Assembly: GCA_963782115.1 (NCBI GenBank)
Contig: CAWAIK010000005.1
Span: forward strand, 96,001-160,000
DNA length: 64,000 nucleotides
Source: an uncultured Verrucomicrobiae bacterium
Lineage (GTDB): Bacteria; Verrucomicrobiota; Verrucomicrobiia; Chthoniobacterales; JAFAMB01
Direction: 5' to 3'
Within the stretch, counting starts at the first letter, position 1; every line of letters starts with the position of its first letter. Made by a program: the position numbers and the translations under genes. Positions 10,231 through 19,498 of the stretch are shown here, in pieces. Below the pieces are notes generated by a model. It saw nothing but the letters and a program-made list of their open reading frames with translations. It ran no database searches and was not told the DNA's origin.

Positions 10231-10423
10231 GTTTCGCGTCACGTCCCAATCGTCCTCGTTGTCGTCCTTCGTCCTCGGCTGTTTTTCGGGGTGGTACGAG
10301 CGAAGCTCTCGCCGGTTGCTTTCTCCGTTGATCCCTCTTCCATCCTGGCAAACCGCGTCGATCCCCAACCGAGGACGAAGGACGACGACGAAGGACGAGG
10401 AGGATTAGAACACGACGCTAAAC
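10231..10423. repeat. MITE-like palindromic element, copy 1
   Basis: Ends GTTTCGCGTC / GACGCTAAAC, internal CGTCCTC / GAGGACG arms; homologous to 11831-12016. Confidence 0.8.
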
Positions 10424-10457
10424 GCAGACCAGCGGTCAACCAATTTAAGTGGAAGGT

Positions 10458-11447
10458 ATGACTATCGAAGACATTCTTTACGGTGCCGCAGATGAGTTTG
10501 AAGAAACGGGGACCTCTGCGCGCGTAGTTGTGCTCGGGAGCCTGCATCTGGACATTCTGGTGCACGCCCCCGACCGGCCGAAAAAGGGCGAGACGCTGCC
10601 CGGAAGCGCTTGGGGCTACAAGGCGGGCGGGAAAGGAGGAAATCAAGCGGTTGCCGCCGCACAGTTCGGCGCTCGGGCGTCGATGGTCAGCAGGGTGGGC
10701 AACGATGATTTCGGCAAACGCCTGTTAAGCCACTTGAGGGACGCCGGGGTAGACGCGGAACACGTCTATACGGATCCCGAAGCAGGCTCGGGGATGAGCG
10801 TGGCCATCATCGACGCCGAGGGCGACTATGGTGCAGTCATCGTCTCCGGAGCAAACCTCCGGCTGTCCAACAAAGATCTCGAGGAAGCGCAGGAGGTTAT
10901 TCGCAGTGCGCAGGTTCTCGTGCTCCAAAACGAGGTTCTTGAAGCCACTAACGTCGCAGCAGCGCATTTGGCCAAGGATTACCGCATCCGGGTGATTTTG
11001 AACGCGGCGCCGGCTCGGCCACTTGAACCTGACTTGGCCGCCAACATCGACGTTCTGGTCGTCAACGCCGTGGAAGCTGAGATGATCTGTGGCGTTGCGG
11101 TAACTAGCTTGCCTACGGCGACCGAAGCCGCCGCGCTACTTTCCGAACAAGTCGCCAACGTAGTTGTTACCGCTGGCGGCTTGGGCTTGGCCGTGGCCGA
11201 ACGCGGGAATAACCCGTACGCGGAAGCCGCTCATCCGGTAAAATTGGTCGACACCCACGGCGCGGGCGACGCGTTTATCGGCGCGCTGGCCGCCCGCTGG
11301 GCCAGCGGCGTGTCGGTAGTAGAAGCCGTTCGCTTCGCAAATGCCGCCGCCGCGCTTTTTGTTAGCACGCCGGCCGATCAGAAGAAAGCCGTCACGTCAG
11401 ATCAAGTGACCCGGTTTTTATCCGAGCGCCGGCAACCAATGTCCTAA
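10458..11447 (+). CDS. PfkB-family carbohydrate kinase (ribokinase-like)
   Basis: GGKGGNQAVAAA, LQNE, NAAPA, DTHGAGDAFIG; GGAAGG RBS. Confidence 0.93.
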   Translation: MTIEDILYGAADEFEETGTSARVVVLGSLHLDILVHAPDRPKKGETLPGSAWGYKAGGKGGNQAVAAAQFGARASMVSRVGNDDFGKRLLSHLRDAGVDAEHVYTDPEAGSGMSVAIIDAEGDYGAVIVSGANLRLSNKDLEEAQEVIRSAQVLVLQNEVLEATNVAAAHLAKDYRIRVILNAAPARPLEPDLAANIDVLVVNAVEAEMICGVAVTSLPTATEAAALLSEQVANVVVTAGGLGLAVAERGNNPYAEAAHPVKLVDTHGAGDAFIGALAARWASGVSVVEAVRFANAAAALFVSTPADQKKAVTSDQVTRFLSERRQPMS

Positions 11448-11553
11448 GCGTCAGCATCAACAATGAGACACTGGGTTGACTTGTCACCCTACTATGCACG
11501 AAGTCCTCCATTTTGTTCTGCATAAGTGAATTAACCAAGAAGCACCGCACGCT

Positions 11554-11790
11554 ATGCTTAAAATATTTCCTCCGTCATCAGCCCTGATCTTCTGTGGCTG
11601 CTGGCTTCCATGGGGCACGGCGACGACCTGGTACTCGTCGATCGTAATTTCCCCGCAATCCAGGTTGCCAAACAGACCTCGACAGGCCGGCTTATTGAAC
11701 TACCCGGCCTCAACATCCCTCAGGCCACTCGCGCCATTCTCTCCCTCATGCCGCTCGACCACTTCGTCGAGGAACCTGTCACACGCATGA
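11554..11790 (+). pseudogene. RbsD/FucU-family mutarotase, frameshifted and 3'-truncated
   Basis: SPDLLWLLASMGHGDDLVLVDRNFP signature; one A missing after ATGCTT; ends after about 80 codons, just before a MITE. Confidence 0.85.
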
Positions 11791-11830
11791 GAGGATAATT
11801 TGCTGTAGGGTCGAGCGCGATTTCAAGTAT

Positions 11831-12016
11831 CTGTTTAGCGTCCTGTCCCGATCCTTCTCGTCCTTCGTCCTCGGCCGTTTTTCGGGTGGTACGAGCGAAA
11901 CTCCCGTCGCTTTCTTTCTCCGTTCATCCTTCTTCCATTCTGCAAACTGCCTCGATCCCCAGCGAGGACGAAGGACGACGACGAGGACGAGACGATTAAG
12001 GCAGGGCGCTAAACAG
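11831..12016. repeat. MITE-like palindromic element, copy 2
   Basis: 15-bp terminal IR CTGTTTAGCGTCCTG / CAGGGCGCTAAACAG (14/15), GACGA-rich arms. Confidence 0.82.
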
Positions 12017-12198
12017 AACGATTTCAACGAAATCGCTGGAAGGACACTGGCAACTCGTGGGTACTCTGGAGGCTCTGAACGGAATGCTTCTGCAAGTGAC
12101 TACCGCGAATGGCACTAAGTTAAGGCGGATTTAGGATGTTTTACCGCCCCGAAGGCAGTCTGCAGTTTGGAGATTACAAGAGCTATTTAGGCCACGTG

Positions 12199-12365
12199 GT
12201 AAGGGGAGACGCCTTACTTACTGCTGCGGGCAAACCGGGGTTGTTTGCTTACGGAAGAGGGTAAGGCGGGACGCCTTACTTACGACCGCGGGCGAACCGG
12301 GGTTGTTTGATTATCCATCGCACTATGTCCCGCCTATCCGCCGTAGGTAAGGCGTCTGGCCTTAC
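12199..12365. repeat. REP-like cluster (3 copies, last inverted)
   Basis: GTAAGGNGNGACGCCTTACTTAC at 12199 and 12261 (62-bp period, sharing GCGGGCNAACCGGGGTTGTTTG); inverted GTAG-GTAAGGCGTCTGGCCTTAC at 12343-12365. Confidence 0.82.
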
Positions 12366-12683
12366 CTTCCCGGGTTCAGACCTTGGGCTGATCGCGACGC
12401 CAGCCGTCCCGCCCTACGTGTTGCCGGGAGCGGCGGCGATCCTCATTGCTCTTTTTGCGATTCAGCCTCAGGGCACCGCTCGGCCACGAACACATCAATA
12501 TGCTTGCCGTTATGCCTTCACCTTGCCAGACTGCGTTGCCCGTGGTAAGCCCCATCTGATCCGTGATCCCAATCAGCCAGCGGATGAGGCGTAATGACCT
12601 TACCTAGTAATCCTGTTCCGTTGCTACCCGGACCCCTGGTTGCGGACTCTTCGAACCGACGCAATTCAGATTGGCGGAAGGGA

Positions 12684-13163
12684 ATGACAATTTCGGTACG
12701 GGTGGCATCAGCCGCGGACATCGACGCTATCGTCAGGCTCAACCGTGACGTCCAGCAGCTCCACGCTGAACTTGAACCGTCTTTTTTCAAGTCAAACTTC
12801 GACAGCGAAGAGGTTGCTGCCTTCTTTGCTGCGAAGCTTGCCCTGTCGGAGAACCATATTCGACTAGCCGATGGCGTGGATGGTCCGAACGGCTACGTGT
12901 GGTTTGAGGTGCAAGAGCGTCCAGAGACGCCATTAACGCTTGCCAGGAAACGTATCTATATTCACCACTTATCAGTGCAGGCAAGAGCTCGCCGTCATGG
13001 CATCGCCTCTGCATTGTTGAGGCAAGTCGAAGCCGAGGCACTGATTGCCGGTATCACGAGTATTGCCTTGGACACTTGGGCAGCAAACGGATCGGCACGC
13101 AGCTTTTTTGAAGCTTGCGGCTTTACTCCTTTCAATCTCTCGCTTGGTAAACGACTGACATAG
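12684..13163 (+). CDS. GNAT-family N-acetyltransferase
   Basis: IHHLSV..ARRHGIASALL motif A, N.SARSFFEACGF. Confidence 0.88.
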   Translation: MTISVRVASAADIDAIVRLNRDVQQLHAELEPSFFKSNFDSEEVAAFFAAKLALSENHIRLADGVDGPNGYVWFEVQERPETPLTLARKRIYIHHLSVQARARRHGIASALLRQVEAEALIAGITSIALDTWAANGSARSFFEACGFTPFNLSLGKRLT

Positions 13164-13475
13164 GTCAACTTTGGGTCGAAAGCGGCAGTCGTGCGTCGCA
13201 TGCCTCCTATTGCGCGTCCGTCTCACCACGCGTGGTTAAATTCCAACAAAGGTACCAAATGCGAAATAGGACGCCGCCCTCTCTAGCGGGCTTCCGAATC
13301 ACCCCCTCCGATTCACCCTGAGGGTAGCATCCGATAGAATCGGACCCTGTTCAGCGGTTAAGTCGAGCGCGACCTGCTGTGGTACTCCACGGTCTTTAGG
13401 CTCGGCGGATCGGAAGAGCGCCTACGTCATCGACGGGCTGATGCACAACGAGGTCGTCAAGAGCGATAGCCGCAA

Positions 13476-13633
13476 TCAGTGCTTCACCCCCACCGCCGCG
13501 GCTGCGATCCCGTCCAACTCCGCCAAGATTTGCGGCGACAGCGTCAACTGACCGGCGGCCAGGTTCTCGCGGAGGTGGACGACCGACGTGCCAGGAATTA
13601 AGAGGATGTTGGGCGACCGGTGCAGCAGCCGGC
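13476..13633 (-). pseudogene. Aldo/keto reductase C-terminal fragment
   Basis: LLHRSPNILLIPGTSVVHLRENLAA, matching the C-terminus of the AKR at 24654-25505. Confidence 0.8.
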
Positions 13634-14318
13634 CGACTTTGTCTGGCGGGCGGGCGGTGCGATCGCAACGGTAAGCCAAAGCGGCGGGCCCGCCAAGGTG
13701 ATCGCGCTCTCATATGGGGAACGCGGCGAATCCGGAGAACTCTGGAAAGAAGCGGGCCAGACGGAAGAAAAGGTCAAAGCCATCCGTCGGACTGAAGGCG
13801 AGGAGGCGGCCGCCATTCTGGGGGCCAGTTTCGAAGGCATGGATCTCGGCGATTACCCGCTTGAACTGGACCGGACGGCGATGGAGCGGCTCACGGCGGC
13901 TATCGGCGAGTTTGAGCCCACCATCATCCTCACCCATGCCAAAGACGACCCCTTCAACCCCGACCACGGCGTGGCTTACGCGGTCACCGAAAAGGCGCGT
14001 CAACTGGCCTCCGGCGCAGGGGTGGCCAGTGCCTTCAAAACCATTAGACCGCCCGCGCTCCTTTTGTTTGAACCGCACCAACCCGAACTTTGCGGGTTCT
14101 ACCCGAACACGTTCCTGGACATCACGCCGGTGTTTGAAAAGAAGCGCGCCGCCATGGACGTGATGGGAGCGCAAGGCTACCTGCGTGAATACTACTCCCA
14201 GCGAGCTTCGCAGCGTGCCAACCATGCCCGCCGCATCTGCGGCGACAAGGAAATCAAGTTCGCCGAAGCCTTCCAGCGGATTACCCCAACGGTTCTCAAA
14301 GGGATTCTAAATGGATGA
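13632..14318 (+). pseudogene. PIG-L family protein (GalB 4-oxalomesaconate hydratase-like), 5'-truncated
   Basis: ADFVWRAGGAIA, LSYGERGES, LGDYP, DPFNPDH, FEPHQPE; start codon and the His of the HxAD motif are missing. Confidence 0.8.
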
Positions 14319-15261
14319 AAAGTTTCTTGTTTTATGCAGTGCCGCTTACGAGTGTTTGGTCCCAGGCTTCGACAACCGTTGCCGAATCCGCATCACCGAT
14401 GGCCAAGGAATTCACCAGCGACATTATGGAGCGAAAAAACCTTGCCTACGTGATGCACGGCGGTCCCAGCCAGACCCTAACCTCTACGCCCCTAAAAAGG
14501 CGAAGCAGGTGCCCTTGATCGTATGGATCCATGGAGGCGCCTTTCTCTTTGGCTCCAAAGAGGGATCCCCGGTTGAACCCGTCCCGCTGGATCTTCTGCT
14601 GGAGGGGTATGCCGTAGCCTCGATCGATTACCGCCTGAGCCCTGAAGCGGTGTTTCCCGCGCAGCTAGAAGATTGCAAAGCCGCCATCCGCTGGCTGCGG
14701 GCGCATGCCGAGGAGTTCGGCATCGATCCGAACCGGATCGGGGTCTGGGGCGCGTCTGCCGGAGGAGACCTGGCGGCGCTTTTGGGGACCACCGGTGAGA
14801 TCCGTGACTTTGAGGTTGGAGAAAATCTTGGCTATTCCGGTCGCGTCCAAGCGGTGTGTGATTTCTTCGGCCCGACGGACTTTCTCCAGATGGATGCGCA
14901 TCGTCTTCCGGACGGGCAAATCCACAACGTGCCGGATTCGCCGGAATCGTAGTTGGTCGGTGGGCCGATCCAGGATAATCCTGACAAGGTGAGGCGGGTG
15001 AATCCAATCACCTACGTCGATAAAAGCGCGCCCCCCTTTCTGATCATCCACGGGACGCTCGATCGCCTGGTGCCTTTCAACCAGAGCTAGCTTTTGGTTG
15101 CCGCGCTCGAGGCCGCCGGGGCATTGGTGCAATTTCATCCCGTCGAGGGCGGTGGACACGGCGCGTATTTCGGCGCGGATGGCGGCTGCGGACTCTATGC
15201 CGATCCGGAGGTGGGACCGATGGTGACGGCCTTCTTCGCCACCCACTTAGCGGCAAAATGA
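14315..15261 (+). pseudogene. Alpha/beta hydrolase (BD-FAE/HSL-type esterase), disrupted
   Basis: HGGAF, IDYRL, GASAGG, HGTLD, GGGH; frameshift near 14478 and in-frame TAG at 14950 and 15088. Confidence 0.87.
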
Positions 15262-15282
15262 TCCCTGCTGAGGCCTTCAGAA
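15234..15282 (+). repeat. 49-bp direct repeat, left copy
   Basis: CTTCGCCACCCACTTAGCGGCAAAATGATCCCTGCTGAGGCCTTCAGAA; 47/49 match to 21534-21582. Confidence 0.92.
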
Positions 15283-15306
15283 TCACTGCGCCAGCGCCTC
15301 TGATGG

Positions 15307-17595
15307 TTATTGCACCTGTTTCAAAATGTCTTCCAGCCTTTGCTCGGTAAACCTGCCTTCAGAAAAGGCGTGAATTTTGTACAGCGGCATGTCGTCCAGG
15401 AAAGTGCTGAGCATTATGTCAGCTTGGTCGGGGTTTCCCAGACCGAAAGCTTCGGCCAACTGCGGGTAAAAGGCTTTGCCCTTCGGATGGAGTTTAAACT
15501 CTTTGAGCAGCGAGTTGCGAGTAAGCAGGGGATAACCCGGTTGCATTGCCCGCACTTCAACCGTCTGTTTTTGCGGGAGGTCCTGGGAAGAGCCGCCCAC
15601 GAGCAGGTCAAATTGACCCGGATGTACCACCCAGCCGTGCGTGGAAGTGTCGTAATAGGCAAAAGCGCGTCGATCGAGCTCGAAGCGGACCGTTTGCCCT
15701 TCGCCGGGTTGCAGGGCGACTTTGGCAAAGGCTTTCAATTCTTTTTCCGGGCGCACCACCTTGGCGCATCGTTCATGGACGTAGAGTTGCACCACCTCTT
15801 TACCGGCTACCGGACCGGTGTTCCTGACGTTGACTTCCACCGTCAGGCCGTCCGCCTCATCGAGAACGTTAGCGCTGACCCGCAGGTCCGAGTAAGCAAA
15901 CGTCGTGTAACTCAGGCCGAACCCGAACGGGAACAACGGGGTCAGCTTCCGGACGTCGTAGTGGCGGTAGCCGATGAAAATCCCTTCGCCGTAGTTGGCT
16001 TCCTTATTGCGAGCGGGAAAATCCGGATAAGGCGGCGTGTCTTCGAGCCGCAGGGGAAAGGTTTCGGAGAGTTTTCCCGAAGGGTTAACCCGGCCGGTTA
16101 ACGCATCGGCGATAGCGCCCCCGCCGGCCTGGCCACCCAGCCAGGCTTCCACGATCGCCTGCACCTTGCCGGCCCACGGCATCGTCACCGCCGAACCATT
16201 CATGAGCACCACCACGGTACTCGGTTGAACCGCGCTCACCGCGTCAATCAACGCATTATGCCCGGCCGGCAAGTCCAGCGAGGCCCGATCAAAGCCTTCC
16301 GATTCGTAGCTGGCGGGCAGGCCGGCAAACACGATCGCCACCTCCGCCGCTTTTGCCTGCTGCCGGGCTTCGTCGAGCAGTTCCTCGGTCGTCGCGCCCT
16401 CTTCGGTGTAGCCCGCCGCATAACGGATGATCGACTTTTGAGCCGCCAGCTTCACTAACTCCTCATAGGCCGTGGAAACCCGGGTCGGGTTGACCTGCGA
16501 ACTGCCGGCGCCCTGGTAGCGCGGCGTTTTGGCAAACGCGCCGATTACGGCGATGGTTTTGGTTTGTCCGACGTCGAACGGCAAGAGGTTACCGTCGTTC
16601 TTCAGCAACACCAGGCTTTCGCCGGCGGCCCGTCGGGCCAGGGCATCGTGACGCCCCGCGTCGAACGTCATGCCGGGCCGGTGCAGGTCTTTGGCCCTCA
16701 GCATCACCGTCAGCAATGGCACGACAGCTTCGTCGAGCTTCTCAGTGGACAGCCGCCCAGCACGGACCGCCTCAAGGATTTTGTTCCGGTTATAGTCGCC
16801 GCTGCCGGGCATCTCAAGACTTAGACCCGCGTTCACCTCCGCCACGCGGTCGTGCACGGCCCCCCAGTCCGAGACCACGAAGCCCTCAAAACCCCACCGG
16901 CTTCGCAGGATCTCCTGCAGCAACAAGTCGTTTGCCGTGGCATGGACGTGGTTCACTGGGTTATAGGCGGCCATCACCGACCAGGGCTGGGCCTCTTTGA
17001 CGGCGATTTCAAACGCCGGCAGGTAAACCTCGTGCAAGGTGCGTTCATCCAGGTTCGAGCTGGTCGCCATGCGTTCGAACTCCTGGTTATTGGCCGCGTA
17101 GTGTTTTAACGACGTGCCGACGCCTTGGCTTTGGACCCCTTGGATGTAGGCCGCTGCCATTTTGCCCGCCAGGACGGGGTCTTCCGAAAAATACTCGAAG
17201 TTGCGGCCGCCCAAGGGCGAGCGTTTCATGTTGACGCCGGGGCCCAACAGGATCTGCACGTCACTGGCCTGGGCTTCTTCGGCCAAAGCCGTGCTCACTT
17301 GCCGGATGAGCTCCGTATCCCAGGAAGAGGCCAAGGCCGAAGCGGTTGGGAAACAAGTCGCGGGCACGCTGGTCGAGAGGCCCAGGCCTTCCCCCTCGAC
17401 TTTTCGGAGCCCGTGCGGGCCGTCCGTCATGCAGATGGAGGGGATCTGCAGCCGGTCGATGCGGTGGGTGCGCCACCAGCCGTCGCCGGATAACAGCAAG
17501 GCCTTTTCCTCGAGCGTCATTTCGGCCACGGCCGCCTTGGCTTTGGCAACGTAATACGCCGAACGTTGAGCTAAAGAGCTTTCGGCAGAGATCAT
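15307..17595 (-). CDS. GH3 beta-glucosidase with Fn3-like domain
   Basis: DGPHG, GRNFEYFSEDP, KHYAAN, VVSDWG, LLKN, PFGFGLSYT, KEVVQLY. Confidence 0.95.
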   Translation of the reverse strand: MISAESSLAQRSAYYVAKAKAAVAEMTLEEKALLLSGDGWWRTHRIDRLQIPSICMTDGPHGLRKVEGEGLGLSTSVPATCFPTASALASSWDTELIRQVSTALAEEAQASDVQILLGPGVNMKRSPLGGRNFEYFSEDPVLAGKMAAAYIQGVQSQGVGTSLKHYAANNQEFERMATSSNLDERTLHEVYLPAFEIAVKEAQPWSVMAAYNPVNHVHATANDLLLQEILRSRWGFEGFVVSDWGAVHDRVAEVNAGLSLEMPGSGDYNRNKILEAVRAGRLSTEKLDEAVVPLLTVMLRAKDLHRPGMTFDAGRHDALARRAAGESLVLLKNDGNLLPFDVGQTKTIAVIGAFAKTPRYQGAGSSQVNPTRVSTAYEELVKLAAQKSIIRYAAGYTEEGATTEELLDEARQQAKAAEVAIVFAGLPASYESEGFDRASLDLPAGHNALIDAVSAVQPSTVVVLMNGSAVTMPWAGKVQAIVEAWLGGQAGGGAIADALTGRVNPSGKLSETFPLRLEDTPPYPDFPARNKEANYGEGIFIGYRHYDVRKLTPLFPFGFGLSYTTFAYSDLRVSANVLDEADGLTVEVNVRNTGPVAGKEVVQLYVHERCAKVVRPEKELKAFAKVALQPGEGQTVRFELDRRAFAYYDTSTHGWVVHPGQFDLLVGGSSQDLPQKQTVEVRAMQPGYPLLTRNSLLKEFKLHPKGKAFYPQLAEAFGLGNPDQADIMLSTFLDDMPLYKIHAFSEGRFTEQRLEDILKQVQ

Positions 17596-17617
17596 AATAT
17601 TTAACCTTGACGCCGTC

Positions 17618-18451
17618 TTACCCCTTGACTGCGCCGGAAGTAAGACCCGCAATGATATGTTTTTGCGCCATGAGGTAAAAGATGACCGCCGGCGCCAGCG
17701 TCAGGCTCACGAACGCCAATACCTTTCCCCAATCTGTCCCGTACTGGCCCTGGTACTGCATGATGCCCAATGGCCAAGGATAAAGGGCTTCGTTGTTGAT
17801 CATTACCAAGGGCAGCAAATATTCGTTCCAGCTTCCGACCAAGGCCAGTACCCCCACGGTGGCGAGAATCGGCCGGGAGAGTGGCAAGGTGATCTGCCAA
17901 AACATACGCGGGTAACTGCAACCGTCGACGAAGGCCGCCTCAAATAACTCATTGGGCAATTCAGCAAAAAAGCCCTGCAGCAACACGATCGCAAAGCCCA
18001 GATTGAAAGCTATCTGCGGCAGGATCACCCCCCAGTACGAATCCAGGAGTCCCATGTCGCGCACCCGGATAAAGACCGGCAGGACAGCTGTGGCAAACGG
18101 GAAGGTGAGTCCTAAAGCCAGGTAGTTGGCGAGCCACCTCTTGCCCGCAAAGCGAAGATGGGCCAGCACAAAGGCCGCCATCGAACTAACCAGCAACGTT
18201 AAGACCACGGTAACAAAGGCTATGAAAGCCGAGTTGCCCAGCATCTGCCAGAAACGGCCGCTGGTGACGATCGACACGTAATTGTCGAACAGCCATTGGT
18301 GAGGCAGCCCGAAGGCGTTGGTTCGCAACTCGCCCGGGGTTTTAAAACCACCGATCACCGTGGCCCAAAGCGGCAATAAACAGAGTCCCGACGCAAGCAG
18401 CAGCACCAACCAGCGGTAGTAAACAAACGGACCGGAACGATTCGATTCCAT
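17618..18451 (-). CDS. Carbohydrate ABC transporter permease (MalG-like)
   Basis: EAA loop LFEAAFVDGCS, SWNEYLLPL, QKHIIAGLTSGAVKG. Confidence 0.95.
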   Translation of the reverse strand: MESNRSGPFVYYRWLVLLLASGLCLLPLWATVIGGFKTPGELRTNAFGLPHQWLFDNYVSIVTSGRFWQMLGNSAFIAFVTVVLTLLVSSMAAFVLAHLRFAGKRWLANYLALGLTFPFATAVLPVFIRVRDMGLLDSYWGVILPQIAFNLGFAIVLLQGFFAELPNELFEAAFVDGCSYPRMFWQITLPLSRPILATVGVLALVGSWNEYLLPLVMINNEALYPWPLGIMQYQGQYGTDWGKVLAFVSLTLAPAVIFYLMAQKHIIAGLTSGAVKG

Positions 18452-18455
18452 AGCT

Positions 18456-19490
18456 CTATCGCCCCTCCTTTGGGCGCATGAAAAGCCGCTTATAGAAAAC
18501 CATCACCAACACGCAGATGACGAACAGGCTCACCCCGATCGCGCTGCCAAAGCCCACCCGCATGCGTTTGATGCCGAAATTGTAAAGGTAAGACACTGCC
18601 GAATGGGTTGAATTGGATGGCCCCCCATCGGTTAACGCAACAATGATCGCGAAAGCCTGCAACGAACCCAGGATGCTGAAGAACAGCGCCAGCACCGCCA
18701 CTGGGCGCATCAGAGGCAGGATGATGTTCAATGTAGTCTGCCAACGATTGGCCCCGTCAATTTTGGCCGCCTCCAGCACCTCTTCGCCTATCCCCTGTCG
18801 ACCAGCAACAAAAAGCGCCATGTGGAAGCCGAAGTACTTCCAAACTATCACCACCAGCAGCGCGGCAGTGGCCCAACCCTCCGTGGCCAGCACCTGGGGC
18901 GCTTCCTGGCCGAACCAGCGGTAAACCACGGCCACCACTCCGTAATTGCCGTCGTACATGTAGCGCCAGATCAATCCCGCCACGATCTCGCCCAGGATGT
19001 AAGGCAAAAAGAAGATGGCCCGGAAGACTACGCTGGAGCGGCTCTTGTCCGAAATCATCAGGGCCAGCGCCAGGGCAAGCGGCACCTGGATGCAAGCTGA
19101 CACCAAGATGATGAGCAAGTTGTTAAATAAGGAGTGGTAAAAGATCGGGTCGTTCCAGACCCGCAGGAAATTGTCCAGGCCGATCCATTTGGATGGCGAA
19201 CCGTAGCCGTTCCAGTTGTAAAAACTGTAGTAAGCGGCTTCGACGACCGGCCAGGTGACAAAGAGGGTAAAGAGTAAAAGCGCCGGCGGTAAAAAAAGGA
19301 GGCAGGTCCTCATTTGGCTTGAGCCCGAAAAGTCCTGCAGCCGTCGCCACATATTTGGTTTGGCACCCATCAGTTGCTCGACCTGACGTGCTTCGGCGAG
19401 GGTGGGCAGATCTTCCTGCACCTGCGAGGTGACGGTAGGTACTGGCGGGCGGCCCGCGTCGAGAGGCGCTGAATCGAGGGAAGAAGCCAT
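18456..19490 (-). CDS. Carbohydrate ABC transporter permease (MalF-like)
   Basis: WIGLDNF, VLEAAKIDGA, TDGGP. Confidence 0.93.
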   Translation of the reverse strand: MASSLDSAPLDAGRPPVPTVTSQVQEDLPTLAEARQVEQLMGAKPNMWRRLQDFSGSSQMRTCLLFLPPALLLFTLFVTWPVVEAAYYSFYNWNGYGSPSKWIGLDNFLRVWNDPIFYHSLFNNLLIILVSACIQVPLALALALMISDKSRSSVVFRAIFFLPYILGEIVAGLIWRYMYDGNYGVVAVVYRWFGQEAPQVLATEGWATAALLVVIVWKYFGFHMALFVAGRQGIGEEVLEAAKIDGANRWQTTLNIILPLMRPVAVLALFFSILGSLQAFAIIVALTDGGPSNSTHSAVSYLYNFGIKRMRVGFGSAIGVSLFVICVLVMVFYKRLFMRPKEGR

Positions 19491-19498
19491 AAGGGTGT

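Noticed and set aside
12199..12365. Spaced repeats resembling a CRISPR array
   Set aside because: Only three copies, one inverted, spacers partly repeated, and no cas genes; fits REP-like elements
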